A stretch of 53,007 nt of DNA from a virus (lineage: Duplodnaviria > Caudoviricetes): positions 1 through 53,007 of the IMG/VR virus record IMGVR_UViG_3300020045_012277. One strand, written 5' to 3'. Shown here one piece after another: positions 1-8,722 of this stretch. Position 1 is the first letter of the stretch. Every line of letters starts with the position of its first letter. The notes under the pieces are model-generated. The model was not told the origin of the DNA and made no database searches. It was given only the letters and a program-made list of their open reading frames with translations. Position numbers and translations under genes: made by a program.

Positions 1-121
1 GATGAGAGCTTTTGCGTAACTGTTGCCTCCATGAAAGTGTCTTATAATGACATATCAAAACTAAGCAAAATATTTATTAGATAATCAAAATAATTATTTT
101 CATCCGTTCTGACTGTATTTT
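1..121. repeat. Terminal direct repeat, left copy (circular assembly overlap)
   Basis: 1-121 identical to 52887-53007. Confidence 0.97.
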
Positions 122-518
122 CTCACATCCCCGCAAATGAAGTTCTGAAAAAATAGAAATTATTTTGTGCAAAAATTCTGAAACCCGCTACCAGTAAGCG
201 TTTTATTATGTTTTCACAAGCTTTTCCACATTCTGTTGATTTCTAAACGGCAGAAATATAAAAGGCGTTTATGATATTAGCATCGGTATGAAAAAAGAAA
301 TTGCCGCTTGCTTGTGATGAAGCAACGGCAACAATTGGTCGAATAAAGATCAGGACAACAAAAGGTCCACACTTTGAGCCCCTTTAAAATGTCGGCTGAT
401 TAATCCCTGGGGCCCTTCCATAAGGCCCCTTTTTTGTTACAATGTAAAGAAAGGGAAAAACGTCTTTCAGTTACTATTTTTTTTATCCCACATGTTTCAA
501 AAAATGTGGATTATGCTT

Positions 519-827
519 CTAATACGCTGTAGTGGCTGTTTTGGCAGCCTTCATATTTATTTGGTGTTCAAACTCCTTCATCTCCTTTGCGCTTATTTCC
601 ATGTCCTTCATTTTACTTTCAAATACCAAATAGTAAACCGGTTTTTTCAGGTTGGTGCCGTTCAGTATCGGCTCACGAAAAAACTGATTCATCAGCATCT
701 CAACCAGCCTGGCACGTTCCATTATCGTTTCTTCCCATGTTGCGGCTTCTATTTGCATAAGATCAAATCCACCCAAAGGCAGTCTTATAAAAAGTTCGTT
801 GTTGGTATGGATCTCTATGAACTGCAC
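519..827 (-). CDS. Hypothetical protein
   Basis: 102 aa ORF packed 3 nt after the HNH gene, same strand. Confidence 0.7.
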   Translation of the reverse strand: MQFIEIHTNNELFIRLPLGGFDLMQIEAATWEETIMERARLVEMLMNQFFREPILNGTNLKKPVYYLVFESKMKDMEISAKEMKEFEHQINMKAAKTATTAY

Positions 828-830
828 TAC

Positions 831-1403
831 TTACAATTTATATTCCCATATAAATTTTTTAGGATTTTCTGTCCCGCCTTTTGCACATCTGCATATAGTA
901 GCTTTAGGCTCACCTGTTTCTATAAAAGCTGTTTTAATTGAATCAAATTCTTTGATAAAGTCGCCTGATAAACTTTTTTGTATAACAGGTTTCCTTTTTA
1001 ATGGTTGTTGTGTTGATTTACTAATCAATCCTGTTGCAAAACCGTGTTTTATATTTTCCGAAGGTGTACACCATTCAAGATTTTTGACTTCATTATCTGA
1101 CGGATTCCCGTTTTTATGATTTACATACTTTAAATTATTTGGATTAGGAATAAACGCTTTTGCTACCAGGCGATGCGCATAATGGCTTACAGTTTCTTTT
1201 CCATCACGAAGTTGATAATGTCTGTAATCCCCCTTTTTTAATGGGGATAAAATCCTCTGCTTTATTTTCCTTTTAAATCCATTGCCCCCTTTTATTGATG
1301 TATTAGTATTCCTTTCAAGTGACATTACCCTTCCCATTGAAGATATTTTATACATTCCTTCATAACCTTCAATATCTTTCCAAATTTCATTTACATTATC
1401 CAT
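831..1403 (-). CDS. NUMOD4/HNH homing endonuclease with C-terminal NUMOD1-like domain
   Basis: [21 protein letters not shown] (NUMOD4); [28 protein letters not shown] (HNH); [11 protein letters not shown] (NUMOD1-like). Confidence 0.92.
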   Translation of the reverse strand: MDNVNEIWKDIEGYEGMYKISSMGRVMSLERNTNTSIKGGNGFKRKIKQRILSPLKKGDYRHYQLRDGKETVSHYAHRLVAKAFIPNPNNLKYVNHKNGNPSDNEVKNLEWCTPSENIKHGFATGLISKSTQQPLKRKPVIQKSLSGDFIKEFDSIKTAFIETGEPKATICRCAKGGTENPKKFIWEYKL

Positions 1404-1824
1404 TGACTTTTTTATTTATTATGTGACGCAAATCTTGCAGACTTTGTTTATAATTCAACGGTGTATAAGACAATACTACCCACCCTTCTTTTTGGGCAAT
1501 ATTTATTTTTTCCTGATCTCTTGAATATCCTGTAATGGATGTATGCCTTGATTTTTCTGACATGATGCCGTTATATTCTATTGCAATCTTAATAGCAGGA
1601 AAACAATAATCAAATCTGAATTTCCTTTCATTGTGAAACTTAAATTCTTTTTCAAGCGATAACGATAATTCATTTGCAAGAAACTGCAGGTTCCAGTCAA
1701 GCCAAATCAATGCACTTGGTTTTGGTACAGGTATTAATTTTAACCGGGTTGTTTCAAGTGCAGAGTGCCCCCTTATCCTTCCGATTGCGGCCAACTCTCT
1801 TATATTTTTTTCGGTGAATCTCAT
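1396..1824 (-). CDS. PD-(D/E)XK nuclease, DUF559/Vsr-like (possible resolvase)
   Basis: [38 protein letters not shown] pattern. Confidence 0.75.
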   Translation of the reverse strand: MRFTEKNIRELAAIGRIRGHSALETTRLKLIPVPKPSALIWLDWNLQFLANELSLSLEKEFKFHNERKFRFDYCFPAIKIAIEYNGIMSEKSRHTSITGYSRDQEKINIAQKEGWVVLSYTPLNYKQSLQDLRHIINKKVNG

Positions 1825-2021
1825 TTCAAATAATTTCCCATTACATAAATCATCTTACACAGTTCTATCAGTTCATCTTTTCCCTTGCCTGAGTATGTTT
1901 CCTTTGTCAACTGCCACCATTCTTTTTTTTCAGCTTCAGGTAAATTTTCCAACGGTGTCAACTTTCTGTAAATAATCATCGCTTCTTTTCTTACCACCGT
2001 ATTACCGGCAAGTTGTTTCAA
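1821..2021 (-). CDS. Hypothetical protein (may be the 3' part of 1821-2078 interrupted by TAG)
   Basis: ATGA overlap with next gene; upstream in-frame GTG at 2078 with TAG at 2034-2036. Confidence 0.55.
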   Translation of the reverse strand: MKQLAGNTVVRKEAMIIYRKLTPLENLPEAEKKEWWQLTKETYSGKGKDELIELCKMIYVMGNYLK

Positions 2022-2067
2022 TCCGTACTTTCCCTAGTTTATATCTTCAGCAATCCTTTTTAAAAAT

Positions 2068-2748
2068 TCATCGCTCACAGACATAAATATTTTCCTTTTG
2101 CTTATTCAATGCATTTACAAAAAAATCATCTGCTTCACCCAGTTCTTTGATCAATCCGTCTTTCCTCAAAATTTCTCGGCTGTAAGCAGGCACATTCTTC
2201 ACTATTCCCCTTTTTATTTGCTGGTAAAATTCTTCCGTCCATGCCCTGTGCAGGTTATCTATTTCTTCATCAGAATAAATTCTTGTTGGCGGCGGCTGAT
2301 CCTTTTTTTCTTCTACTTCATGGCTTAGCCTGAATCTTTCTTCCATATAAGGGATCATTACTTCATCTATCAGAGCCAGGTTCATAGCCTTGCCCCAATC
2401 TTTTACCGTGGTTCCAAAGTTTCTGAAAGCATATCCCCACTCTTCAGGATTTGTATTAGGATAGCTTTCTTTTATTTTTTGAATGAACTGATCCAAAAAT
2501 ATTTTCATCATATCATCAGTTGGTATGGTCCATCCGGTGATCACATGAATTTTTAAAAGAGTGGCTTTTGCAAAGGCCCAAAGGTTCTGTTCGCTCATTT
2601 TGCCGAATTGCAAAGCCTGGTATTTTACCCTGATCATTTCATGTTCCGGATGCTTCAATGTCGCTCCGGAGACTGTCAAGGAGCTGTTCGGCTCCTTCGC
2701 TTTTTCTAACGATAGGTTTAATGATTCCGAGATGTGCTTTGTTTCCAT
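2068..2748 (-). CDS. Hypothetical replication-module protein
   Basis: 226 aa ORF directly downstream of and overlapping the initiator. Confidence 0.7.
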   Translation of the reverse strand: METKHISESLNLSLEKAKEPNSSLTVSGATLKHPEHEMIRVKYQALQFGKMSEQNLWAFAKATLLKIHVITGWTIPTDDMMKIFLDQFIQKIKESYPNTNPEEWGYAFRNFGTTVKDWGKAMNLALIDEVMIPYMEERFRLSHEVEEKKDQPPPTRIYSDEEIDNLHRAWTEEFYQQIKRGIVKNVPAYSREILRKDGLIKELGEADDFFVNALNKQKENIYVCER

Positions 2749-3316
2749 GTTCTTTTTTTTGCCAGTGATGAAAATATTTTTTGTACTCTAAAGGATTAAA
2801 TTCATAGATCCCTTGCCCTTCCAGGTAGTCATTGAATTTTGCCAAAATTTCCGGCGAGGCTTTATTTTTCCTTGCCCAGCGATCATCATTCATGGCAACT
2901 GTAAGACAGTGCTCAATTGGAAATTTTATATTTTGGTCTGTATTAAATTCTTTTACATTAACAGTATCATTTACATTAACAGTTACATTAACATTATCAG
3001 CTTCGTTTGCTTCGTTTTTTGAAGCACTGCTTCGTTTTGCTTCAGACCTTCTTGATTTTCCGCTATTTATACCGCCCTTTTTACCTGCTTCTGACCTTTG
3101 CTTCGTTTCTGCTTCCCATTTTTTTAAATCACGCTTCAACTGAATCTTGATAGGTTCAAATGCAACCTGCAACAAAATATCTTCAGTTTCAGGGTTTTTA
3201 TCGTTCACATAATCGAACACTAATTTTATTAATTTACCGGCTTTTGCATCTGGTAGTTTATTGAATAATCCTATCCAATCTGAGTACAGTACGAATGATT
3301 CTTTATTTTCTGCCAT
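2639..3316 (-). CDS. Phage replication initiator, DUF6291-like N-terminus
   Basis: KESFVLYSDW..LPDAKAGKLIKLVFDY..AFEPIKIQLKRD..RSEAGKKGG; internal low-complexity NVNV linker with DNA repeats. Confidence 0.8.
   Translation of the reverse strand: MAENKESFVLYSDWIGLFNKLPDAKAGKLIKLVFDYVNDKNPETEDILLQVAFEPIKIQLKRDLKKWEAETKQRSEAGKKGGINSGKSRRSEAKRSSASKNEANEADNVNVTVNVNDTVNVKEFNTDQNIKFPIEHCLTVAMNDDRWARKNKASPEILAKFNDYLEGQGIYEFNPLEYKKYFHHWQKKEHGNKAHLGIIKPIVRKSEGAEQLLDSLRSDIEASGT
2953..3108. repeat. Iteron-like repeats inside initiator gene (putative origin)
   Basis: TTACATTAACA at 2953, 2971, 2983; GCTTCGTTT at 3000, 3009, 3029, 3100. Confidence 0.55.
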
Positions 3317-3319
3317 GAT

Positions 3320-4105
3320 TTATATTTTATTAAATTCTCTGATCATTAAATCATCTGGTATCGGTTGAACTTTGTCAATCTGCTTCATAAAAAAAGGTAC
3401 ACAGGCGACACCACATTGGTTTCTTATTGACCTTGCCCATTCAATATCCATTGACCTTTTTCCATGTCCGCTTTCTCCGCCGCAGATTACCCAATCCAAC
3501 AATGCTCCATACTGAACCGTGCCTTTTCCTGTCGGGTAATCTTTCAATAAATCAACCGGGCCTAACATAGGTTCGATGCTTAAAAAATGCTTCCCATTTA
3601 CTTGCATCAATTGGGGAAGTAGTGTGTCAAGCGTTTGTTGGTCACATGGACTTGTACCAAACATCACATTCGCCGGTGGGTTTTGTTTCCAATCTTCAGG
3701 AATCATTTTATTGATATTGCCGGGTCGTTTTGTCAACATCAGATGAAGAAGATTCGGTGTATTAGGAACAATAATGTTAAAATATCTATCCCGGATTATT
3801 TGTGTTGAATAGGCAACATCGGAAGACTTCATTAATGGCATTGGCTTTTCAAAAATATCCATCATGCTACCTACAAATACCCGGTGCATTTCTCCGGCTG
3901 CTTTCGCCAACTTCTGATATTTGTCAAGGTCATTCCATACAGATTTTATTTCCATCCTGGGCTTATCGTTCCCCCAAATATCCCGGCCATATCTTTTACT
4001 TAGTGTTTCTGCATAGCAATGATCACAGCCGGCATGAACTTTTGTACAGCCATGCCAAAGGTTTGCCGTGTGATGCGTCCATTCTATTTTGCTGTTTTGT
4101 GCCAT
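3320..4105 (-). CDS. DUF5131 / phage Gp37-Gp68 family protein
   Basis: SKIEWT..TANLWHGCTKVHAGCDHCYAE, SIEPMLG, DWVICGGESG, VPFFMKQ; start MAQNSK at 4105. Confidence 0.9.
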   Translation of the reverse strand: MAQNSKIEWTHHTANLWHGCTKVHAGCDHCYAETLSKRYGRDIWGNDKPRMEIKSVWNDLDKYQKLAKAAGEMHRVFVGSMMDIFEKPMPLMKSSDVAYSTQIIRDRYFNIIVPNTPNLLHLMLTKRPGNINKMIPEDWKQNPPANVMFGTSPCDQQTLDTLLPQLMQVNGKHFLSIEPMLGPVDLLKDYPTGKGTVQYGALLDWVICGGESGHGKRSMDIEWARSIRNQCGVACVPFFMKQIDKVQPIPDDLMIREFNKI

Positions 4106-4149
4106 ATATATTTCATTCAAAATTTATAATTCAACATTTATCATTTCCA

Positions 4150-4536
4150 TCATAATTTCATCCACACACTGGCATTTGCGCCATGTGCTGTTTTATTTTT
4201 TACCTTGTCTTTCCTTACGAACTGAAAATATTTTCCCTGCCCACGTTTTGGTATTACACCAAAGGCCCGGTTACTTGGCGGATCATCCAGCAGACCCATT
4301 ACTTTCACATGCATACGGAAATCTTCTATCATAAATTCACTGCCACGCTTTACATTCCTACGCAGCCATACCAGGAAGAGTTGCCAGCAAAGCGTGGTCC
4401 ATCCTTTTTCCTTTTTCTCCGCTGTTTCAAGTGCTAATGATAAACCAACATCAGCCAGCTTTTTACCTTCAACCATGTCAAATACAATGGCCGGTTGGTC
4501 AAATAAAGAATACTGATATGGATTTACTGATGGCAT
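4150..4536 (-). CDS. Hypothetical protein
   Basis: 128 aa ORF coupled to upstream stop. Confidence 0.75.
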   Translation of the reverse strand: MPSVNPYQYSLFDQPAIVFDMVEGKKLADVGLSLALETAEKKEKGWTTLCWQLFLVWLRRNVKRGSEFMIEDFRMHVKVMGLLDDPPSNRAFGVIPKRGQGKYFQFVRKDKVKNKTAHGANASVWMKL

Positions 4537-7052
4537 TAAATAGCTTCATCCAATACAAAGTCAAATAATGTAGGTACTGATAATTTGTGCAGCATAGCCT
4601 TAATGTAATAATGTCCATCATTAAAATATTCGCTGTTCAATTCTACACTCACTGCTTTTCTGCCAAGTTCTAAGGCCTTATATGCTGTACTGAATAAACC
4701 TCCGAAAGGATCATCTATTAATTCGCCTTTCATAGAATACCTGTTTATCAATCTTTCAATAATATCAAACTGAAGTGGACAAATATGTTTCTCTTTTTTA
4801 CCGTTCACCTGCTTTGCATTTAATGTATTCATCCGGTTTATATCCGTCCAAACCATATCATTATTACTATGCACGGGCAATGTCATAAACGTGCTGCTTA
4901 ATTTTTCCATCTCGTCCAGATCCTTGCAAACTCTCAGGTGTTCATTGAAATCATACAGCTCAGTGCTATTGTGTTTTTTCCAGGCAGATACTATTCTTTT
5001 CAGATCAATAGCCTGCAGTTCTTCTTTGCTTAAAAAACGGTCACCGTTGCTTCTTTGGTAGGCATGTGCATCCAGTTGCCAAAGTGCTTTTGTATAATCA
5101 GATTTTTCTTTTTGTACAGGATGATCTGCATAAGCATTATTCATTTCACTTGGCGCTTTTCTAAATAGTAAAACATACTCAGGAAGTCCAACTCCCATTT
5201 TGCTTGCATCCTTACATTGTTCTGTCCATCCTAATCTGTAAGTCTGGTTATTTTCAGCCACCACATCAGTAGTCACCGTTATTTTACCCATCAGGTAAAA
5301 ACCATGTTTAATAAAATGCTGTACGGTTTGACCGGAAAAATCTGATATCGTTGTAAAAGATGTGCCATTCTGATAGCTGTATCTTATCCTGTCCTTTACA
5401 TGAATAGCAGCTACCCGCCCAGGTTTTAATACTCTAAGCAGGTCAGGAGTTAAAAAATCCATCTGCTTAAAGAAATTATCATTGCCATGATTATGACCAA
5501 AATCATTATAGTTGTCGCTGTACTCATAATGATCTCCAAAAGGGATTGATGTCAGGATCATGTCCACTGAATTATCAGGCATTTCTTTTTTATCACTATG
5601 TACCGCAACGGTATCATTGTTATAGATAGTTACATTATCATAAGTGATCTTCTTTCCGTTTTTAAAAATTTGTCTTGCCATTTGTGATTTTATTAAGTCT
5701 GAGTTAAGCCCATTTTCTTTTACCAGGGCAATCATTTGTTTATTTAGTTCAAGGTGTTTTGCCCACTTAGCTTTAAGTGTTTTCAATACCTCATATTCGT
5801 TTTCTGTATAAATTATGTGAATGTTTACAGGTTCTTTTTGTCCGAAGCGGTAACACCGGTGAATAGCCTGTATGAAATCATTGAATTTGTAATCTATCCC
5901 GGCGAAAATCATATTGTGACAGTAGTCCTGAAAGTTGCAACCGGATCCTGCAATCTTTGGTTTTGTAAGCAGGTATTTATACTTGCCTTCGCTGAAGGCG
6001 ATCAATAGTTTTTCTTTCAGTTCATTCGGCTGGCTGCCATATACACTGGCAAATGATTCACCTTTAAAATCAGCTTCCAATACTACCCGTTCAGCTTCTA
6101 AATGATGCCAGATAATTGTATTTTCATTGATAGTTTCTGCAATTTCACAGGCTTTATTTATCCTGGCTGCGAGGCTGTCTCTTTTTTCCCTGCTTACTTC
6201 CAATAGAGATTTTGACAGGTCTTTAAAAAGAATTGGCACTCCCCATTTATCTTTTGGCTGTTCTTTTACATTGTAGCTTATACAATGCTCAATGATGTTT
6301 AATTCAGGTAAAATATATTCGCTGTCATCATAGCCAAGATCAGCAGGCGTATTGATAAACGCTGCCCAGGTACTTACCCATTGCCAAAATTCTTTTTTCT
6401 TATTATCATAGAGTTTCAGGTTACCTGCTTTTGTAGAGTCTCTTTTGAAGAACCTCGTTAAAGCATGACCTCTTGAAATCACTCCTAAATAATCTGCATA
6501 GTTCAGTATCTCAATAAAATCATTTGGGGTAGGTGTGGCAGTGGCAACAAACCTGTAGTTTACTTTTTTAAAATACTTTAAAACATAATTGGTTGTTTCC
6601 GTCTGCAGGTTTCTTAAAATAGAGGCTTCGTCAAAAGACACTCCGCAAAACATTTCAGGGTTTATATCTCCCATTCTTACCCGTTCATAATTGGTAAGAT
6701 AGATCTGCACATTTGCGTTTTCAAAGTTGTCAGTATCGGTGATGTAATCAATTTTTAATCCAGTGTTCAGTTTCCTGTTATCCCGTTTAAATTCACCCGA
6801 TACGCCAAGCGGACAAACAATAAGAAAAGGTTTATTGTATTTGGCAATTAACTGTTTTGCAATTTCAAGCTGCATAAAAGTTTTACCAAGACCGAAGGAT
6901 GCGAATATAGCACGGCGGCCACCCTCCAGGCAAAAGTTTACAATATCCTTTTGATGTGGGAAAAGCTTTTCTGAAAATATTAAGTTATCGGTTTCCATTC
7001 CGAACTTTTCAGCTATCACCACTTTTGATTTTAAAAACTCGTTATAATTCAT
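4536..7052 (-). CDS. SNF2-like helicase fused to N4/N6 DNA methyltransferase
   Basis: FGLGKT, DEAS, TATP, QAIHRCYRFGQ helicase motifs; C-terminal TSIPF and DPFGG methyltransferase motifs. Confidence 0.88.
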   Translation of the reverse strand: MNYNEFLKSKVVIAEKFGMETDNLIFSEKLFPHQKDIVNFCLEGGRRAIFASFGLGKTFMQLEIAKQLIAKYNKPFLIVCPLGVSGEFKRDNRKLNTGLKIDYITDTDNFENANVQIYLTNYERVRMGDINPEMFCGVSFDEASILRNLQTETTNYVLKYFKKVNYRFVATATPTPNDFIEILNYADYLGVISRGHALTRFFKRDSTKAGNLKLYDNKKKEFWQWVSTWAAFINTPADLGYDDSEYILPELNIIEHCISYNVKEQPKDKWGVPILFKDLSKSLLEVSREKRDSLAARINKACEIAETINENTIIWHHLEAERVVLEADFKGESFASVYGSQPNELKEKLLIAFSEGKYKYLLTKPKIAGSGCNFQDYCHNMIFAGIDYKFNDFIQAIHRCYRFGQKEPVNIHIIYTENEYEVLKTLKAKWAKHLELNKQMIALVKENGLNSDLIKSQMARQIFKNGKKITYDNVTIYNNDTVAVHSDKKEMPDNSVDMILTSIPFGDHYEYSDNYNDFGHNHGNDNFFKQMDFLTPDLLRVLKPGRVAAIHVKDRIRYSYQNGTSFTTISDFSGQTVQHFIKHGFYLMGKITVTTDVVAENNQTYRLGWTEQCKDASKMGVGLPEYVLLFRKAPSEMNNAYADHPVQKEKSDYTKALWQLDAHAYQRSNGDRFLSKEELQAIDLKRIVSAWKKHNSTELYDFNEHLRVCKDLDEMEKLSSTFMTLPVHSNNDMVWTDINRMNTLNAKQVNGKKEKHICPLQFDIIERLINRYSMKGELIDDPFGGLFSTAYKALELGRKAVSVELNSEYFNDGHYYIKAMLHKLSVPTLFDFVLDEAI

Positions 7053-7057
7053 TATGG

Positions 7058-7300
7058 TTATTTTTTATAAATCCAATACAATCCGTTTCTTATAAAATCT
7101 GCTTTATTTTCAATTACCATCTTATTCATTATCAGTTTGAAATAAAAAGCGATCACTCCATAATTGTATTTATGCCTGCAAATCTGCCATACCTCATTAG
7201 TAGTAATGCTACCAAGCTTTTTCAACCGATCTTTCAGCATTTCTTCAATGTCTTGCTGCTTATATGCTGCTGATGCTTTTCTTAATTCTGCTAATTCCAT
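7058..7300 (-). CDS. Hypothetical protein (possible winged helix)
   Basis: 80 aa ORF in tight operon. Confidence 0.65.
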   Translation of the reverse strand: MELAELRKASAAYKQQDIEEMLKDRLKKLGSITTNEVWQICRHKYNYGVIAFYFKLIMNKMVIENKADFIRNGLYWIYKK

Positions 7301-7494
7301 ATAAAAAATTCACTTTCTTTTTTGAATACTTCTTTCAATGGTTTATTCGTGTCATAGGTTCCTTTACTTACATGCCAGGCAGTTGAAAAACTTACTCCCG
7401 ACAGCCTTGCCGCCTCTCTTATCGATGTTCCTTTTGATAAGTAATTCTTTATCTTATCCACTTCCTGTTCATTTATCTTTCTTGCTATTCTCAT
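7291..7494 (-). CDS. Small helix-turn-helix protein
   Basis: GTSIREAARLSGVSFSTAWHV. Confidence 0.8.
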   Translation of the reverse strand: MRIARKINEQEVDKIKNYLSKGTSIREAARLSGVSFSTAWHVSKGTYDTNKPLKEVFKKESEFFIWN

Positions 7495-7558
7495 CTCGTT
7501 TTTTTAAAAGCCGGCCATTTTAGAAACAAAGCCGGGTAGTGTATGAAAATCGAGAAAC

Positions 7559-8722
7559 TTAATTCTTACTGAATGTTACATCGGTCAACTGTCTGCCATT
7601 ATTCCAGATGCTATATTTCTTTCCTTCCTTCATTATCTTCATCGTTTCTATCTTACCAAACTTTTTTATATTGCCACCCAGGTCCAATACCCATCCTTCT
7701 TTTTTAGTTCCATCTTCGTACATAAAAGGACGCATCACCCTGCCAATGATCTGGTAATAAAGTGCAAGGCTCATGGTGCTTCTTGCCAGCAATACAGATT
7801 CCAAAGCAGGGAAATCAAAACCGGTGGTGAGCACTCCTACGTTTACCACACATCTTATTTCGCCGCTTTTAAAAGCGGCAAGTATCGTTTCCCGTTTTGC
7901 TTTATCAGTTTCTCCGGTAAGTAATACGGCACCCGGTATGTATTGCAATGCTTTTCTTGCTTCATCCAGTAACGAACAAAACACCAGGCAATTTTTTCTT
8001 TTGGAAAGCAAATAATTGGCCCACTTGGCAGTCAGCTTTTCAAAATTTATTTTCCGGTACAGAAAACGAAGTGAATCAGCTGTAAAATCATTTCCCTGCC
8101 TGTTTACCTGCAGCATACTTCTGTCAATGGCATCTATGGAAAAATATTTAAGCGGGGCAAGGTATCCTGCATCAAACAACACGCTGTTATCAATATAATA
8201 AAGCACCTCGCTGAATACCTTTTCATTGGTGGTAGTTATCCATTCCAGCACAGCACCTTCAAAAGTGGAAGTAAGCCGGTAAGGTGTAGCCGTAAGGCCC
8301 AATACTTTTGCATGTGATATTGAATCAAGAAAATCCTTATACATGCCATTGCTTGCATTCACCAGGTGTGCTTCATCTATGATGATATTCTCAAAGCTTT
8401 TAAATAAATGATGCTTGCTGGCCACACTGCCGATCGTGGCAAAAGTGATATCATCCACCATTTTGCTTCCTGCAGATGCACTATATATGCCGGCACGATA
8501 TCCATAGCTGATAAACTTTGCATAATTCTGTTCCAGGATCTCTTTGCTGGGTTGAAATACAACGGTCTTGCCACGAAGTTCCTTTGCAATGTTGGCAATG
8601 ATAAGGCTCTTGCCACTTCCGGTTGGGTAGATCATCAGCCCATGATCTTTTCGTTCTTCATTGAAAAAATCAACGGCTTTTGTTATGCCTTCGGTTTGAT
8701 ATGGTCTTGGTATGAATGCCAT
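7559..8722 (-). CDS. SF2 DEAD/DEAH helicase (RadD/ResIII-like)
   Basis: PRPYQ, PTGSGKS, IIDEAH, GLTATPYR, VLTTGFD, QIIGRVMR. Confidence 0.92.
   Translation of the reverse strand: MAFIPRPYQTEGITKAVDFFNEERKDHGLMIYPTGSGKSLIIANIAKELRGKTVVFQPSKEILEQNYAKFISYGYRAGIYSASAGSKMVDDITFATIGSVASKHHLFKSFENIIIDEAHLVNASNGMYKDFLDSISHAKVLGLTATPYRLTSTFEGAVLEWITTTNEKVFSEVLYYIDNSVLFDAGYLAPLKYFSIDAIDRSMLQVNRQGNDFTADSLRFLYRKINFEKLTAKWANYLLSKRKNCLVFCSLLDEARKALQYIPGAVLLTGETDKAKRETILAAFKSGEIRCVVNVGVLTTGFDFPALESVLLARSTMSLALYYQIIGRVMRPFMYEDGTKKEGWVLDLGGNIKKFGKIETMKIMKEGKKYSIWNNGRQLTDVTFSKN

Noticed and set aside
1-121. Biological terminal repeat of the virion DNA
   Set aside because: It cuts through the start of the ParB-MTase gene and has a typical k-mer overlap length; assembly overlap is more likely
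200-515. DnaA-box-like words (TTTTCCACA, TGTGGATTA)
   Set aside because: Imperfect, few and in AT-rich DNA
2034-2036. Genome-wide TAG recoding with a suppressor tRNA
   Set aside because: Several genes end sensibly at TAG (10138, 28560, 49247) and the tRNA cannot be folded with a CUA anticodon
2639-2748. 110 nt overlap of initiator and next gene as a frameshift signal
   Set aside because: Both have their own plausible starts; no slippery site identified
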